This document shows, piece after piece, positions 1 to 9,708 of a stretch of DNA of 64,000 nt. The notes beneath the pieces are model-generated. The model worked only from the letters and a program-made list of their open reading frames with translations, did no database searches and was not told the DNA's origin. The translations under genes and the position numbers were made by a program. Numbering within the stretch: the first letter of the stretch is position 1; each line of letters opens with the position of its first letter. Location of the stretch: the NCBI GenBank assembly GCA_020850355.1, contig JADZEX010000081.1, positions 131,113-195,112 on the forward strand, written 5' to 3'. The stretch is from Fimbriimonadaceae bacterium (GTDB lineage: Bacteria > Armatimonadota > UBA10988).

Positions 1-442
1 GTAGCTCCGGGCCGAACAGGCAGTTGAACCAGCCCTCGCCCATCCGGGCGTAGAGCGCGGCGTAGACCTGGCGCTTCGGCGCCGCGATCACCGCGCAGAC
101 CGGCTGCCGTTCGTTCAGCGGCGCGGCCGCCGCCAGGGTCTGCAGGCTGCTGATGCCCAGCAGCGGCAGGTCAGCGGCCAGCACCAGCCCTTTGGCGGTG
201 GCCAGCCCGACCCGCAGGCTGGTGAACGAACCCGGCCCCAGCCCGACGGCGACCGCCCCAAGGTCGGCGCAGCGCAGGTCGACCTGCCGCAACAGCGCGG
301 CGATCGCCGGCGTGAGCTGCTCGGCCATCGTGCGGCGGGCCGTGAAGGTCAGTTCGGCGACCAGGTGCCCCTCTCGCAGCAGCGCCAGGGAGGCGTGGTC
401 GGCGGCGGTCTCGATCGCCAGCAGGGGAGCGGCAGCGGTCAC
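1..442 (-). CDS. tsaB: tRNA threonylcarbamoyladenosine biosynthesis protein TsaB (YeaZ), 3'-partial at window edge
   Basis: Minus-frame translation gives VTAAAPLLAIETAADHASLALL...GLGPGSFTSLRVGLATAKGL, typical of the inactive Kae1 paralog TsaB. GTG start overlaps the tsaE stop (GTGA). Confidence 0.75.
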   Translation of the reverse strand, partial: MTAAAPLLAIETAADHASLALLREGHLVAELTFTARRTMAEQLTPAIAALLRQVDLRCADLGAVAVGLGPGSFTSLRVGLATAKGLVLAADLPLLGISSLQTLAAAAPLNERQPVCAVIAAPKRQVYAALYARMGEGWFNCLFGPEL

Positions 443-894
443 CACGGCAGTCCTTCCAGCCAGCGCGCCAGGCTGGGCGCGGCGAGCTCGGCGGTGCGGC
501 CAACCGGCCGCGGTGTCAGCGTGACGGTTAGCGTCTCGGCCGGCAGCAGGCTGGCGATCCGGTCGGCCCACTCGACCACCGTGACGCCGTCGCCCGGCAG
601 CAACTCGTCCAGGCCGATGCTCCAGGCCTCTTGCGCGTCACCCAGCCGGTAGGCGTCGGCATGGGCCAGCGCCAGCCGGCCCTGGTACTGGCGCAGCAGC
701 ACGAAGGTCGGGCTGGGCACCGGCCCGACCACCCCCAACGCCGCCGCGAGGCCATGCATCAAGGTCGTCTTGCCGGCGCCCAGCGGCCCCAGCAGCGCAA
801 TCACGTCGCCCGCGGCGGCAACCCGACCGAGCTGTCGACCCAGCGCCACGGTGGCGGCCTCGTCGGGCAGATGCAGAGTGCGAGTCTCGCTCAT
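439..894 (-). CDS. tsaE: tRNA t6A37 ATPase TsaE (YjeE)
   Basis: ORF 439..939; internal start MSETRTL. P-loop LLGPLGAGKTT. ATGA overlap with the mreD stop. Confidence 0.8.
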   Translation of the reverse strand: MSETRTLHLPDEAATVALGRQLGRVAAAGDVIALLGPLGAGKTTLMHGLAAALGVVGPVPSPTFVLLRQYQGRLALAHADAYRLGDAQEAWSIGLDELLPGDGVTVVEWADRIASLLPAETLTVTLTPRPVGRTAELAAPSLARWLEGLPW

Positions 895-1379
895 CGCGCC
901 AGTCCGTCCTCCTCGATTGGCAACCGCGCCACCGCCCACGACACGAACGGGGCCAACGGCGCGTTGAGCAGCACCCGACAGCCGACCCGCGTGGCCCAGT
1001 CGGCGTGTTGCAGCACCGCCGGCCGCAGCGCGGCGAAGGCCAGCTCGCAGGCCAGCGTGCCGAGCATCACCGCCACCACCTGCACCACCAGGTTGTCACG
1101 CGACCAGCGGTTGCGCAGGCTGACCAGCCAGAGCGCCGTGAGCAGGCGCGAGAGCACGAACGCCAGCCCGCCGGCCGGTGCTGCCAGCGCCAACAGCAGC
1201 CCGCCACTGAGGGCGGCGGCGAGCCCGGCATCGAGCCCGCCGGCCAGCGCCGTGAGGACGATCACCACCAGCACCAGGTCGGGCCACTCGCCGCCCAGCG
1301 GCAGGCTCGGTAGCCAGGTGGTCTGCAGCCAGGCGGCCAGCATCACCAGCAGCACCGGCCAGCCCAGCCCGCGGCTCAT
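891..1379 (-). CDS. mreD: rod shape-determining protein MreD
   Basis: 162 aa, multi-TM hydrophobic protein starting MSRGLGWPVLLVMLAAW. Lies immediately downstream of mreC with a 4-nt overlap. Confidence 0.7.
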   Translation of the reverse strand: MSRGLGWPVLLVMLAAWLQTTWLPSLPLGGEWPDLVLVVIVLTALAGGLDAGLAAALSGGLLLALAAPAGGLAFVLSRLLTALWLVSLRNRWSRDNLVVQVVAVMLGTLACELAFAALRPAVLQHADWATRVGCRVLLNAPLAPFVSWAVARLPIEEDGLAR

Positions 1380-2242
1380 CGTCCCGGCTCCGCCGGCGGG
1401 GCCAGCTCCACCGCGGTCGGCAACAGCACCAGCACCTCTTCGGCGGCATCGGGATCGGCCGCCGGCTGCAGCCGCACCAGCAACGACGACTGGTCGGGTC
1501 GGCGTTCGACCAGGACGACATGTCCGAGCAGCAGACCGGCTGGGAAGAGGCTGCCGTGCTCCTCGCCCGCGGTGACCACGGCATCGCCGGCCCGCACCTC
1601 GGCGCCGGCGTTGGAGTAGGTCAGCAGACACCGCCCGCTGCCGTCGCCCTTGGCCACACCAACCACCTGCCGGGCCCGCTCGGGCTGCAGGCGGGCCCCC
1701 ACGCTGCCCAGCCGGTCGCTGACGCAGATCACCCGACAACTGGCGTAGGAGACCTCGAAGACCTGCCCCAGCAGACCCTCGGGAGCCATCACCGCGGCGC
1801 CGACCTGGACGCTGTCACGCCGGCCGGCGTTGACGGTGAGGGTGCGGAACCAGGGGCTCGGCCCGCGGCCGACGACCCGCGCGGTGACGGCGCGGCGGGT
1901 GACCTGCTCCCGAATCGCCAGCAGCCCGCGCAGCCGTTCGACCTCCAGCTTCCACTCGGCCAACTGCTCGCTCTGCGCCTGCGTCTGCCGCAACTGCTGC
2001 TGCAGCCGCTGGTTCTGGCGATGCAGGTCGCCGAGGCCGGCGACCAGGCTCCAGCCCCCCGCCACGCCGCGCCCGACGCGCGAGAGCGCCGATTGCGCTG
2101 GCTGGCTGGCGGTGCTGACCATCTCGACCGGCCAGCCCCGTGGCCCGCGCGCGGCAGGCGGCGACTGCATTCCGGCCACCAGGCAGGCGACCAGAATCAG
2201 CACATACCACCAACGCCGGGACCCACGGGACCGCGAGACCAT
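1376..2242 (-). CDS. mreC: rod shape-determining protein MreC
   Basis: N-terminal TM segment, coiled-coil (RLQQQLRQTQAQSEQLAEWKLEVERLRG), then beta-rich domain GDAVVTAG...FPAGLLLG typical of MreC. Confidence 0.8.
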   Translation of the reverse strand: MVSRSRGSRRWWYVLILVACLVAGMQSPPAARGPRGWPVEMVSTASQPAQSALSRVGRGVAGGWSLVAGLGDLHRQNQRLQQQLRQTQAQSEQLAEWKLEVERLRGLLAIREQVTRRAVTARVVGRGPSPWFRTLTVNAGRRDSVQVGAAVMAPEGLLGQVFEVSYASCRVICVSDRLGSVGARLQPERARQVVGVAKGDGSGRCLLTYSNAGAEVRAGDAVVTAGEEHGSLFPAGLLLGHVVLVERRPDQSSLLVRLQPAADPDAAEEVLVLLPTAVELAPPAEPGR

Positions 2243-2320
2243 CGCGGCGGCACTCCTGATGCAAGGATACCAAGCCGTCTGCGGATCGCCAAGGCGCCGG
2301 GCCGCCCGGGCAGCGTCGGC

Positions 2321-3007
2321 TCAGCGACAGCCGTCGGCCGTGAAGGTGCCGGCCAGGCAGCTCTTTTCGGCGTCGTCGAAGCAGAGCAGCAGCCGGCCGC
2401 GCAGGCCCGGGGCGCCGGCGGTCTGGGTCGAGCCACGCTGCGCGTCGATCCGCAGGTAGAGCGCAAACTCGGCCGAGCAGGTCAGCGGCGCGCCGTCGGC
2501 CTGCTCGATCACGAACCAGGCGTCGTTGCCGGCCGGGCGGGGCGCGGTCAGCGCCCGGACCAGCTCGCCGGCGGCGCTGGGCTGGTGCCACTCGATCGTC
2601 ACGGCGTCGTCGTCCAGCTCGAACGCGCTCGGCGAACCCGCGGCGCGGTTGGAGAGACGCAGCCGGTAGACCGGCAGCCCGGCCTCGACGACCGAGCTGA
2701 CGGTGGCCCGGCGGCAGATGAAGTCGCGACCGCGCAGGCGGCCAGAGACCGGCTGCTCGGGCACCGCGGCGGCGGTCGGCTCGGCGGTCCAGGGGGGTGC
2801 CTGCGCGGCGGCCGCAACCGGCTGCGCGACCGGCTTTTCGAGCGGTGCCGAGCTGATGTAGCGGGTCGTCCCGACGGCCTGCAACCGGGCGGCCTCGTCG
2901 GCGGCCTGGGCGGCTTCGGCGCTGGCTGGCGCCGGCGTCGGCGGGGGCTCCTGGCGGCCACAGGCCGTCAGCAGCCAGAGTGCCAGCAGACAGCCCGCTC
3001 GGCGCAC
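2321..3007 (-). CDS. lipoprotein of unknown function
   Basis: GTG start preceded by GGAGG. N-terminus VRRAGCLLALWLLTAC has a lipobox-like LTAC. Pro/Ala-rich linker then a beta-rich domain. Confidence 0.6.
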   Translation of the reverse strand: MRRAGCLLALWLLTACGRQEPPPTPAPASAEAAQAADEAARLQAVGTTRYISSAPLEKPVAQPVAAAAQAPPWTAEPTAAAVPEQPVSGRLRGRDFICRRATVSSVVEAGLPVYRLRLSNRAAGSPSAFELDDDAVTIEWHQPSAAGELVRALTAPRPAGNDAWFVIEQADGAPLTCSAEFALYLRIDAQRGSTQTAGAPGLRGRLLLCFDDAEKSCLAGTFTADGCR

Positions 3008-3017
3008 GTGCAACCTC

Positions 3018-4907
3018 CTAGCCGTGGCGCTCCAGGACCAGCAGTTGCCGGTCGGCGGCGCGCAGGTCGTCGTACCAGCGGCGGACCCTGGGAGCCTCGT
3101 CGGCGGCGACCTCGGGGCGCAGCCAGGAAACCTCGCGCTGGTACTCCAGCGTATCACCCCGCAGGCGATACGTCACGCGGAACGCGGCGAAGCTCTCCGC
3201 CCGCTCACGATCGGCCGGCACCTCGCGCACCTGCAGCCCTGGCGCCAGCCGCAGGCTGATCCGGTTGACGGTCCGCTCGGGCGCGGGGACCAGCCGCAGC
3301 GGCGTGCGGCGCGGCAACTGCACCAGCCCGGCGGGCAGCTCGGCCCGGTCGAGCACGGCCGGCAAGACCAGCAGCAGGTGCTGCGTGCGCAACGGGTAGC
3401 TCGGCGCGCGGAAGCGGTAGCGCAGGCTGAACGGCGTCGCCAGCGCGGCGGTCGGGCTGACCTGCAAAGAGGCCTCGTCGAAGTCGACGTCGTCGATCAC
3501 CTGGGCCAGGGCACTGGCCACCTCACGGGCCGCAGCGGCCGGCGGCAGGCCGTGGAAGCGGTAGCGCAGCGACTGCTCGAAGGCTCCACGCGCTGCGATG
3601 TTGACCTCGCCGGCCAGCGCGCCATCGGCCGCCAGGCTGCACTCCGCGCTGCGCTCCAGCAGGTTGGCGGTGACCGGGAAGGTCGGCAGCGTGGCCCACT
3701 GGCTGCCCTCCGGCGGCACCAGCAGCGCGCGGCAGCCCTGGATGTCGGGCGGCAGGTAATCGGCCGGGCCAAAGCTCCAGGTCGGGTCGAACCAGCGCCA
3801 GCGGCCACCCGCCTGCGGGACCGCCACCACGACGTGGTCGAACTGCGGCAGGGCCGGCAGTTGCTCGGCCACCGGACCGCTGACATTGCGTCGCAACAGG
3901 GCCGGCTGCGAGCGGATGCCGAGGGCCGTCAACAAGGTGATCAGCAGCGTCGCCTGGTCCTTGCAGTCGCCCAGCCGCTGGCGCCAGGTTTCGTAGGCCG
4001 GCCGGGGCTCGATTCCCGGCAGCCGGCTCTCGAACCCGCCAAAGGCGTAGCGCACGCGGGTGGCCACCAGTTCGTACGCCGCGCGGGCCGGGTCGACCGC
4101 GCCGGCCAGGCCCGCTGCGGCCTGCTGCAGCGCACTGGTCGCGATGTAGTGCGGGGTCGCCGCCTCCCGGTAGGCCGCGGCGATGCTGTCCCAACTCGGC
4201 TGCGAACTGACCAGTACGCTCCAGGCCAGCCGCGCGTCGTCGGGCCGTTGCGGTTCGTTGGGCAGCGCCGGCAGGTCGCGCGCGGTCCAGGTGGTCTCCA
4301 ACAGGCCGTTGCGCTGGCTGACCGTCGGCGGGGCCACCGGCCCAAGGACTTGCTGCTCCAACGGCGCGCCGCTCGGCTGGCGGACGGTGTAGCGCGCCAC
4401 CTGCACCGGTTCGGCCAGTTGCAGCGTGCCCTGGTCGCTGAAGCCGTGCGGCTGCGTGGGCCGGGTGTCGGCGATGCTGACGGCATAGTCGAGCACCGTG
4501 CCGGGCTCGACATAGGGGAAGTTCAGCCGCCAGCGGCGCAGTTCGCCGGCCACTTCGCCGAATCGCCCCGGTGGCAGCAACTCGGGGGCCAGGTCGGTCG
4601 CGTCGACCAGCCGCTCGCCGCCGATCACCACCCGCGCGGCTTGGAAGGTGACGGTCTGCTGGGGCGTCGTCCAGGGCAGATAGAGACTCCGGTAGCGGCG
4701 ACCGGCCTCTTGCAGCACCAAAATCGTCTGGCGTAGCTCGACCGTCGAGCGGCCGCTGGCGTCGATGCTGAAGGTCCGCTCGTGCCGCAGGTAGCAGGCT
4801 GCGGCGCCGGGCAGGTCCTCAGCGCGCGGTGCCGCCGCCAGCAGTTGGTCGAGGTCGGCCGGCAGGTCGGCGGTCAGCAGCGTCAGCAGCAGCGCCAGGG
4901 TGCTCAC
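3018..4907 (-). CDS. transglutaminase-like / DUF3857 domain protein (secreted)
   Basis: 629 aa. Signal-like N-terminus MSTLALLLTLLTA. Transglutaminase-core Cys motif RLGDCKDQATLLITLL. 4-nt overlap with the upstream gene. Confidence 0.65.
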   Translation of the reverse strand: MSTLALLLTLLTADLPADLDQLLAAAPRAEDLPGAAACYLRHERTFSIDASGRSTVELRQTILVLQEAGRRYRSLYLPWTTPQQTVTFQAARVVIGGERLVDATDLAPELLPPGRFGEVAGELRRWRLNFPYVEPGTVLDYAVSIADTRPTQPHGFSDQGTLQLAEPVQVARYTVRQPSGAPLEQQVLGPVAPPTVSQRNGLLETTWTARDLPALPNEPQRPDDARLAWSVLVSSQPSWDSIAAAYREAATPHYIATSALQQAAAGLAGAVDPARAAYELVATRVRYAFGGFESRLPGIEPRPAYETWRQRLGDCKDQATLLITLLTALGIRSQPALLRRNVSGPVAEQLPALPQFDHVVVAVPQAGGRWRWFDPTWSFGPADYLPPDIQGCRALLVPPEGSQWATLPTFPVTANLLERSAECSLAADGALAGEVNIAARGAFEQSLRYRFHGLPPAAAAREVASALAQVIDDVDFDEASLQVSPTAALATPFSLRYRFRAPSYPLRTQHLLLVLPAVLDRAELPAGLVQLPRRTPLRLVPAPERTVNRISLRLAPGLQVREVPADRERAESFAAFRVTYRLRGDTLEYQREVSWLRPEVAADEAPRVRRWYDDLRAADRQLLVLERHG

Positions 4908-5881
4908 GGTGGGTCCACCACGACGGCCGTGGCGACCGCCTGCAGCCGGCCGGTCAGCGGCGGCAACAACGGCCTGCCAGCGGCCGTCACCAGGGCGCTC
5001 ATCGTGTGGCTGTCGAGCGCCAGCGCGTCGACCACGCCGTGCTCCAGCAGCAGGGCCGCCCAGCGCTCCAGGCTGAAGCCCCCGCCCGCGGCGCTCCCGG
5101 CGCCCATCGCCAGCACGACGCTGCCCGCAGCGGTCAGCCCGAGCGCCGAGCGCGCCGTGACCGAGTCGGCGACGTCGGGTCGAAACCGCTCCAGCTCCTT
5201 GGTGACCTCCACGCGGCCGCCCCGCAGCAGCCGCGGCCCGGCGCCGAGCAGGTCGCCCTCGACCGCCGGCGCCGTTTGCAGCAGCACCTGCGGGGTGCCC
5301 GGCAGCGGGTCAGGCGTGTGGACCGTCAGGCCGCCGCCGGCCGGCGTGGCGACCAGCCCGCTGAAGCGTTGCCGCGGGAACCGCCGACTGGTGACGGCGC
5401 AGCGGCAGCCCGCGGGCGGGGTCCGGTTGAACCACTCGATGGCCCGCCGCTGGCCGCCGCTGCGGACCTCGCCGCGCCACGCCAGCGCCTCGATCCGCGG
5501 CGGGCCGTGCGACGGCAGGACCAGCGCGGTGCGCCCGTAGAGCGGCATCGCGATCCACTCGCCGGCCAGCCGCAGCGCACCCAACGGCGCGCCACTGGCG
5601 ACATCGAAGTAGCCGCCGTTGACCGCCGCGGTGGCGCCGGGGGCCAGCTCGGGCAGCGGCGCGGTGCCCAGAAACGGCCGCCCGGCCGAGACAATCCGGA
5701 CCCGTCGCTGGGCGCGGGCGGCGACCACCACCAAGACGGCCCGCTCCGCGCCGCGGGAGTAGTCGATCTGCGAGACGTCCGGGTCGAGCAGCGTGGTCAC
5801 CAGCCGCTGCCGCTCGCCGCAGCCGCCCAGCAGCCACCCGGCCAGCAGCGCCAGCAGCGCCGGCCGGGCTGCCGCTAGCAC
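4904..5881 (-). CDS. phosphodiester glycosidase family protein (DUF2233), lipoprotein
   Basis: GTG start with lipobox LLAGWLLGGCG. AAVNGGYFD motif typical of NAGPA/DUF2233 phosphodiester glycosidases. Confidence 0.65.
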   Translation of the reverse strand: MLAAARPALLALLAGWLLGGCGERQRLVTTLLDPDVSQIDYSRGAERAVLVVVAARAQRRVRIVSAGRPFLGTAPLPELAPGATAAVNGGYFDVASGAPLGALRLAGEWIAMPLYGRTALVLPSHGPPRIEALAWRGEVRSGGQRRAIEWFNRTPPAGCRCAVTSRRFPRQRFSGLVATPAGGGLTVHTPDPLPGTPQVLLQTAPAVEGDLLGAGPRLLRGGRVEVTKELERFRPDVADSVTARSALGLTAAGSVVLAMGAGSAAGGGFSLERWAALLLEHGVVDALALDSHTMSALVTAAGRPLLPPLTGRLQAVATAVVVDPP

Positions 5882-6753
5882 GTGATGTCTTTCCGCACGA
5901 ATCGCCACCAGCCGATTCCCGTGAAGACTGCGATGCTGACGCCGCAGACCTTCAACATCCAGATCACCTGGTCCCAGGGCACCTGCAACGCCAGGGTCTC
6001 GGGGTCGAAGTTCGTCGGCATCACCTGCGGTGCCTGCGCCAGTTGCGAGGTGAACAGGTAAGGCCGCACCGTCTCGGCCCACTCGAACGGCAGGCCCATC
6101 GCAATCTGGAGCACAATCACCAGCCCCAATGCCACGAAGCCAGGGACCAGCCCGTTGTCGAAGAAGCTCCCCAGCGCCAGGCCGAGCGACGACGTCACGA
6201 AGACCGCCAGGGCCAGAAGCAGGTAGGCCAGCGCCAGGAACCGCAGCGCCTCGGCCTCGGTGAAGATCACCACCCGGCCGGCCTGCAGGGCTTCGAACTC
6301 GAAGAGCTGGCCCCAGCCGAAAGCCAGCCAGCCGAGCAGCAGGCTGACCCCCATCGTGAAGGCACAGAGCAACAGCGTGTAGGCCGCGGCGGCCAGGAAC
6401 TTGGCGCCGAACACGGCGCTGCGGGAGCGCGGTCGCGTCAGCAAGGCCCGCAGCGTGCCGCTGCCGCCCTCGGCGCCGAGGATCTCACCGGCCACAACCG
6501 GCGCCAGGTAGGGCAGCAACAGCGCCAGCGACTTCAGCACGAACTGGCAGATCAGCAGGCCGTTGAGCATGTTGCCGACGACCTGCACGTCGTTCAGCTT
6601 GCGCTCCGCGCGAGCGCCGCTGAAGATGCCAGGCGGATCGTAGTAGAACCCCAGCACGACCATCAGAATCAGCGCCGTGATCGCCAGCAGCACCACGTAG
6701 GGGGTCACCCGCCGGGCCAGTCGGGCCAACTCGTGGCGCAACAGCAAGATCAT
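5875..6753 (-). CDS. ABC-2 family transporter permease
   Basis: 292 aa, six predicted TM helices. ATGA overlap with the upstream ATPase gene. Confidence 0.7.
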   Translation of the reverse strand: MILLLRHELARLARRVTPYVVLLAITALILMVVLGFYYDPPGIFSGARAERKLNDVQVVGNMLNGLLICQFVLKSLALLLPYLAPVVAGEILGAEGGSGTLRALLTRPRSRSAVFGAKFLAAAAYTLLLCAFTMGVSLLLGWLAFGWGQLFEFEALQAGRVVIFTEAEALRFLALAYLLLALAVFVTSSLGLALGSFFDNGLVPGFVALGLVIVLQIAMGLPFEWAETVRPYLFTSQLAQAPQVMPTNFDPETLALQVPWDQVIWMLKVCGVSIAVFTGIGWWRFVRKDITC

Positions 6754-7685
6754 TGGCCGTCTCCGGTGAGCGCCAGGAAGAGCTCCTCCAGCGAGTGCTG
6801 CTGCGGCACCAGGCGATGCACGGCGACGCCGCCGGCGACCAGTCGCCGGTTGACCTCGGCGGCACTGGCCGCGGTCTGCAGCAGCAGCGACTGCTCGCCT
6901 TGTGACCGCACCTGGACCCAGCCGGGCGGCTCCTGCAGCAGCTCCAGGGCGCGTTCGACCGGGTCGCAGCCGACCTCCAGGCTGGTCTCGCCCTGTTCGG
7001 CCAGCAGCGTCGAGACGGCCCCGTGGACCACCAGGCGGCCCTGATTGATGATCGCAACCTGGTCGCAGATCTGCTGCACCTCGGCCAGCAGGTGGCTCGA
7101 GATGAAGATGGTGATGCCCTCCTCGTGGGCCAACTGCCGGACCAGCTCGCGGACCTCCTTCATGCCCTGCGGGTCCAGCCCGTTGGTGGGCTCGTCCAGA
7201 ATCAAGAAGCGGGGCTGCGGCAAGAGTGCCTGCGCCAGGCCCAGCCGCATCCGCATGCCCTGGCTGTAGGTCCGCACCTTGTCGCCCTCGCGGCCCTTCA
7301 GGCGGACCCGCCGCAAAGTCTCCTCGATGTCGTCGCGGCCGACCGGTCCCGACAGGCTGCCCAGCATCATCAAGTTGCGGTAACCGCTGAGGTACGTGTA
7401 GAAGGCTGGCGCCTCGACCTGCGCCCCGACCTGCCGCAGCGCGCCGAGCCGGTCGCGGGCGAGATCGTGCCCCATCAACCGGACGCTGCCTGCGGTGGGG
7501 CGGATCAGGCCCAGGATCATCCGGATGGTGGTGCTCTTGCCTGCGCCGTTAGGCCCCAGAAAGCCAAACACGTCGCCCTCGCGGACGGTCAGGTCAAGCT
7601 GGTCGACCACCCGGCGGCGACCGTAGTTCTTGGTCAGCCCCGTCGTCTCCAGGACGACCGGTCGCGCCACGGCCGGCTCGCTCAC
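6750..7685 (-). CDS. ABC transporter ATP-binding protein
   Basis: Walker A GPNGAGKST. Signature-like LSGGQRMR... and Walker B ILDEPT. GTGA overlap with the upstream hydrolase gene. Confidence 0.85.
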   Translation of the reverse strand: MSEPAVARPVVLETTGLTKNYGRRRVVDQLDLTVREGDVFGFLGPNGAGKSTTIRMILGLIRPTAGSVRLMGHDLARDRLGALRQVGAQVEAPAFYTYLSGYRNLMMLGSLSGPVGRDDIEETLRRVRLKGREGDKVRTYSQGMRMRLGLAQALLPQPRFLILDEPTNGLDPQGMKEVRELVRQLAHEEGITIFISSHLLAEVQQICDQVAIINQGRLVVHGAVSTLLAEQGETSLEVGCDPVERALELLQEPPGWVQVRSQGEQSLLLQTAASAAEVNRRLVAGGVAVHRLVPQQHSLEELFLALTGDGQ

Positions 7686-9646
7686 GGCTTCTTCCAGTCC
7701 AATGCCGCGGGATCGAGCTGCCAGTCGGGCGACAGAAAGCCGCCGACCAGGTACTGGTTGGCGCCGTCCAGGCCAGGCTCGTCGTTGTAGACCAGCAGGT
7801 CAGGCAGCAGGTCGAACTGGTGGTTGATGGGCAACCCCTGCCCGTAGACCTGACCACTCAGCCACAACACCAGCCGCTGCGGCGTCACGGGGTGGGGCGT
7901 CAGCAGCACCATCCCGAGGTTATCGCCCTCGAAGGTCTTCCCCGCCACGGTGTACTGCCCGGCCCGCAGCGTGACGCCGGCTGGTAGCACTCGGCCGGCG
8001 TCCGGCACACCGGGCAGCCGGACGGTCTGCGGCTCACCGCAGATCACCAGATTGTGGTTGGCCAGCAGGTCGGGGGTCAGCGAGCTGTCGGGCAGGACCG
8101 TGCAGATGCCCTCGGCAAAGCCCCACCAGATCTGTTGCAGCCGGTTGGCAACGGCCTTGTTGTAGCGTGCCCGCGCCTCGTCGCCGCCGGTTGCGTGGAC
8201 TACCAGGAAGGCGTCGTTGAAGACCTCGCGGGCCGGTCCGACCCGTGGCCGGGCAGCGGGCGGTTCGCCCTTGCTGACGGTCGCGGCGCCGGTCGCGCTG
8301 AGCAGCACCCGGTGCGGCCCGGCCGCCACCGGGCCAACCGCCTGGCCGTTCAGGCGCAGTTCCAGCGCCTGCGGCGCCAGCGCGGCCGGCAGATCCAGCC
8401 ACAGCTCGGCGACGTTGCTGCTGCTGACGGTGACCGCCCCGCCGGCGACCTCGGCGGTGATGTCGGCCGGCGGCCCCCAGCGCTGCAGGCGGCGCACGTC
8501 GACCCACCAGCAGCGACCCTGCTTCGGCGTGAAGGTCCGCCAGCGCAGCTTCGCCGGCGCCGTCGGCCGGCGCTTGCCGACGCAGAAGTCGAACAGCCGT
8601 TCGAAGGTGGCGTCCTGCCAGTAGATGAAGTGCTCTTCTTTGGCGAGTTCATCGTAGCGCAGGTCGTAGCCCAGCTCCTTCATGACCGGGGCGATCAGTT
8701 GCGAATGGACCACCGGCACCAGGCTGTCGAGCGCGCCGTGCTGCACGTACATCGGCAGATGCTGCGCGTTGGGGGCCAGGTCGAGAGGGTTATTCTGCAG
8801 GATGCACCAGCTCTTGAAGGCCGTCTCGTCGCGGTCGCGCTTCTCCCAGGTGAAGAAGTCGGTCTGCCCCGACATCAGCCCCAGCGCCGCGAAGCGGTCG
8901 GGGTGGCGCAGACCAATCGCCCAGCCGCCATAGCCGCCCATGCTGCAGCCGGTCAGCACGATGCGGTCGGGATCGACCGGGTACCAGCGTTGCAGCTCCT
9001 CGATCACTCGCAGCACATCGACCTCGCCGATGCCCAGGAAGTCGCTGTTGCGGCGGCCGTGCGGCAGGCACAGCAAGAAGCCCCGTTGCGCGGCGAGGTC
9101 CCACTGCGTGGCGGGCAGCACCCACGGGTTGATCTTCGAGGTCTCGGCGACATAGCCGTGCAGGAAGATCACCACCGGCAGCGGCTTGGCCTGGTCGTAG
9201 TCGGCGGGCAGTCGCAGGTAGTAGGGCTGCGGGCTGCCATCGGTGCGACAGAAGTAGGCCCGCTCGAAGTAGCCCTGGTCACCTGCCCCAGTCTCGCCGC
9301 GGTGGGCCGGCTCGCCGGCCAGACAGCGCCGCAACGCGGCCTCGGCGCGGTCACGGCCGGCGGCCTGATCAGCCTCCAACGCCGGATCGGCGACCGCTCC
9401 GGCCGCCGCCGCACGCAGTTGCAGCCGCTCAATCTCCAGGGCTGCCAGAGGCAGGTTGCTGTCGCGGGCGGCCGGGTCGAGGTCGGTCCGGCGGCGGGCC
9501 GCGGCCAGCTCGCCGGTCAAGTTCTCGGCGATCACGCCCCAGTTGGGCCGCGTCGTGGCGGGCGGGGGCGGCGGATCGTCGCCCTGCCCGCGGCACGCTG
9601 GACAGGTCAGCAGCAGTCCCAGTAGCAGCAGGCGCGGTGTGCTCAC
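7682..9646 (-). CDS. secreted alpha/beta hydrolase (S9/esterase-like) with C-terminal beta-rich domain
   Basis: GTG start after GGAGAGG. Signal peptide VSTPRLLLLGLLLTCPAC. Nucleophile elbow GCSMGGYGG (GxSxG). Motif HGALDSLVP. Confidence 0.7.
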   Translation of the reverse strand: MSTPRLLLLGLLLTCPACRGQGDDPPPPPATTRPNWGVIAENLTGELAAARRRTDLDPAARDSNLPLAALEIERLQLRAAAAGAVADPALEADQAAGRDRAEAALRRCLAGEPAHRGETGAGDQGYFERAYFCRTDGSPQPYYLRLPADYDQAKPLPVVIFLHGYVAETSKINPWVLPATQWDLAAQRGFLLCLPHGRRNSDFLGIGEVDVLRVIEELQRWYPVDPDRIVLTGCSMGGYGGWAIGLRHPDRFAALGLMSGQTDFFTWEKRDRDETAFKSWCILQNNPLDLAPNAQHLPMYVQHGALDSLVPVVHSQLIAPVMKELGYDLRYDELAKEEHFIYWQDATFERLFDFCVGKRRPTAPAKLRWRTFTPKQGRCWWVDVRRLQRWGPPADITAEVAGGAVTVSSSNVAELWLDLPAALAPQALELRLNGQAVGPVAAGPHRVLLSATGAATVSKGEPPAARPRVGPAREVFNDAFLVVHATGGDEARARYNKAVANRLQQIWWGFAEGICTVLPDSSLTPDLLANHNLVICGEPQTVRLPGVPDAGRVLPAGVTLRAGQYTVAGKTFEGDNLGMVLLTPHPVTPQRLVLWLSGQVYGQGLPINHQFDLLPDLLVYNDEPGLDGANQYLVGGFLSPDWQLDPAALDWKKP

Positions 9647-9708
9647 AGCCAACCTCTCCAGGAGCCGCCCGGCGGCAGTATGCGGGCCGCCGGGGTGGGG
9701 TGTCAAGC

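Noticed and set aside
1520-3259. Numerous long ORFs in alternative frames or on the opposite strand of confident genes. Examples: 1520..3259+, 3024..4736+, 8054..9625+, 9637..12267+, 14188..16566+, 18236..19762-, 19456..22218-, 20196..22082+, 23390..26257+, 35399..37291+, 38013..40112+, 38068..40281-, 51426..53651-, 54644..58612-, 56110..58368+.
   Set aside because: Their translations are low-complexity and Arg/Pro/Gly/Ala-rich with no domain signatures. They overlap genes with clear homology motifs. This is the expected stop-codon-poor artefact in about 70% GC DNA.
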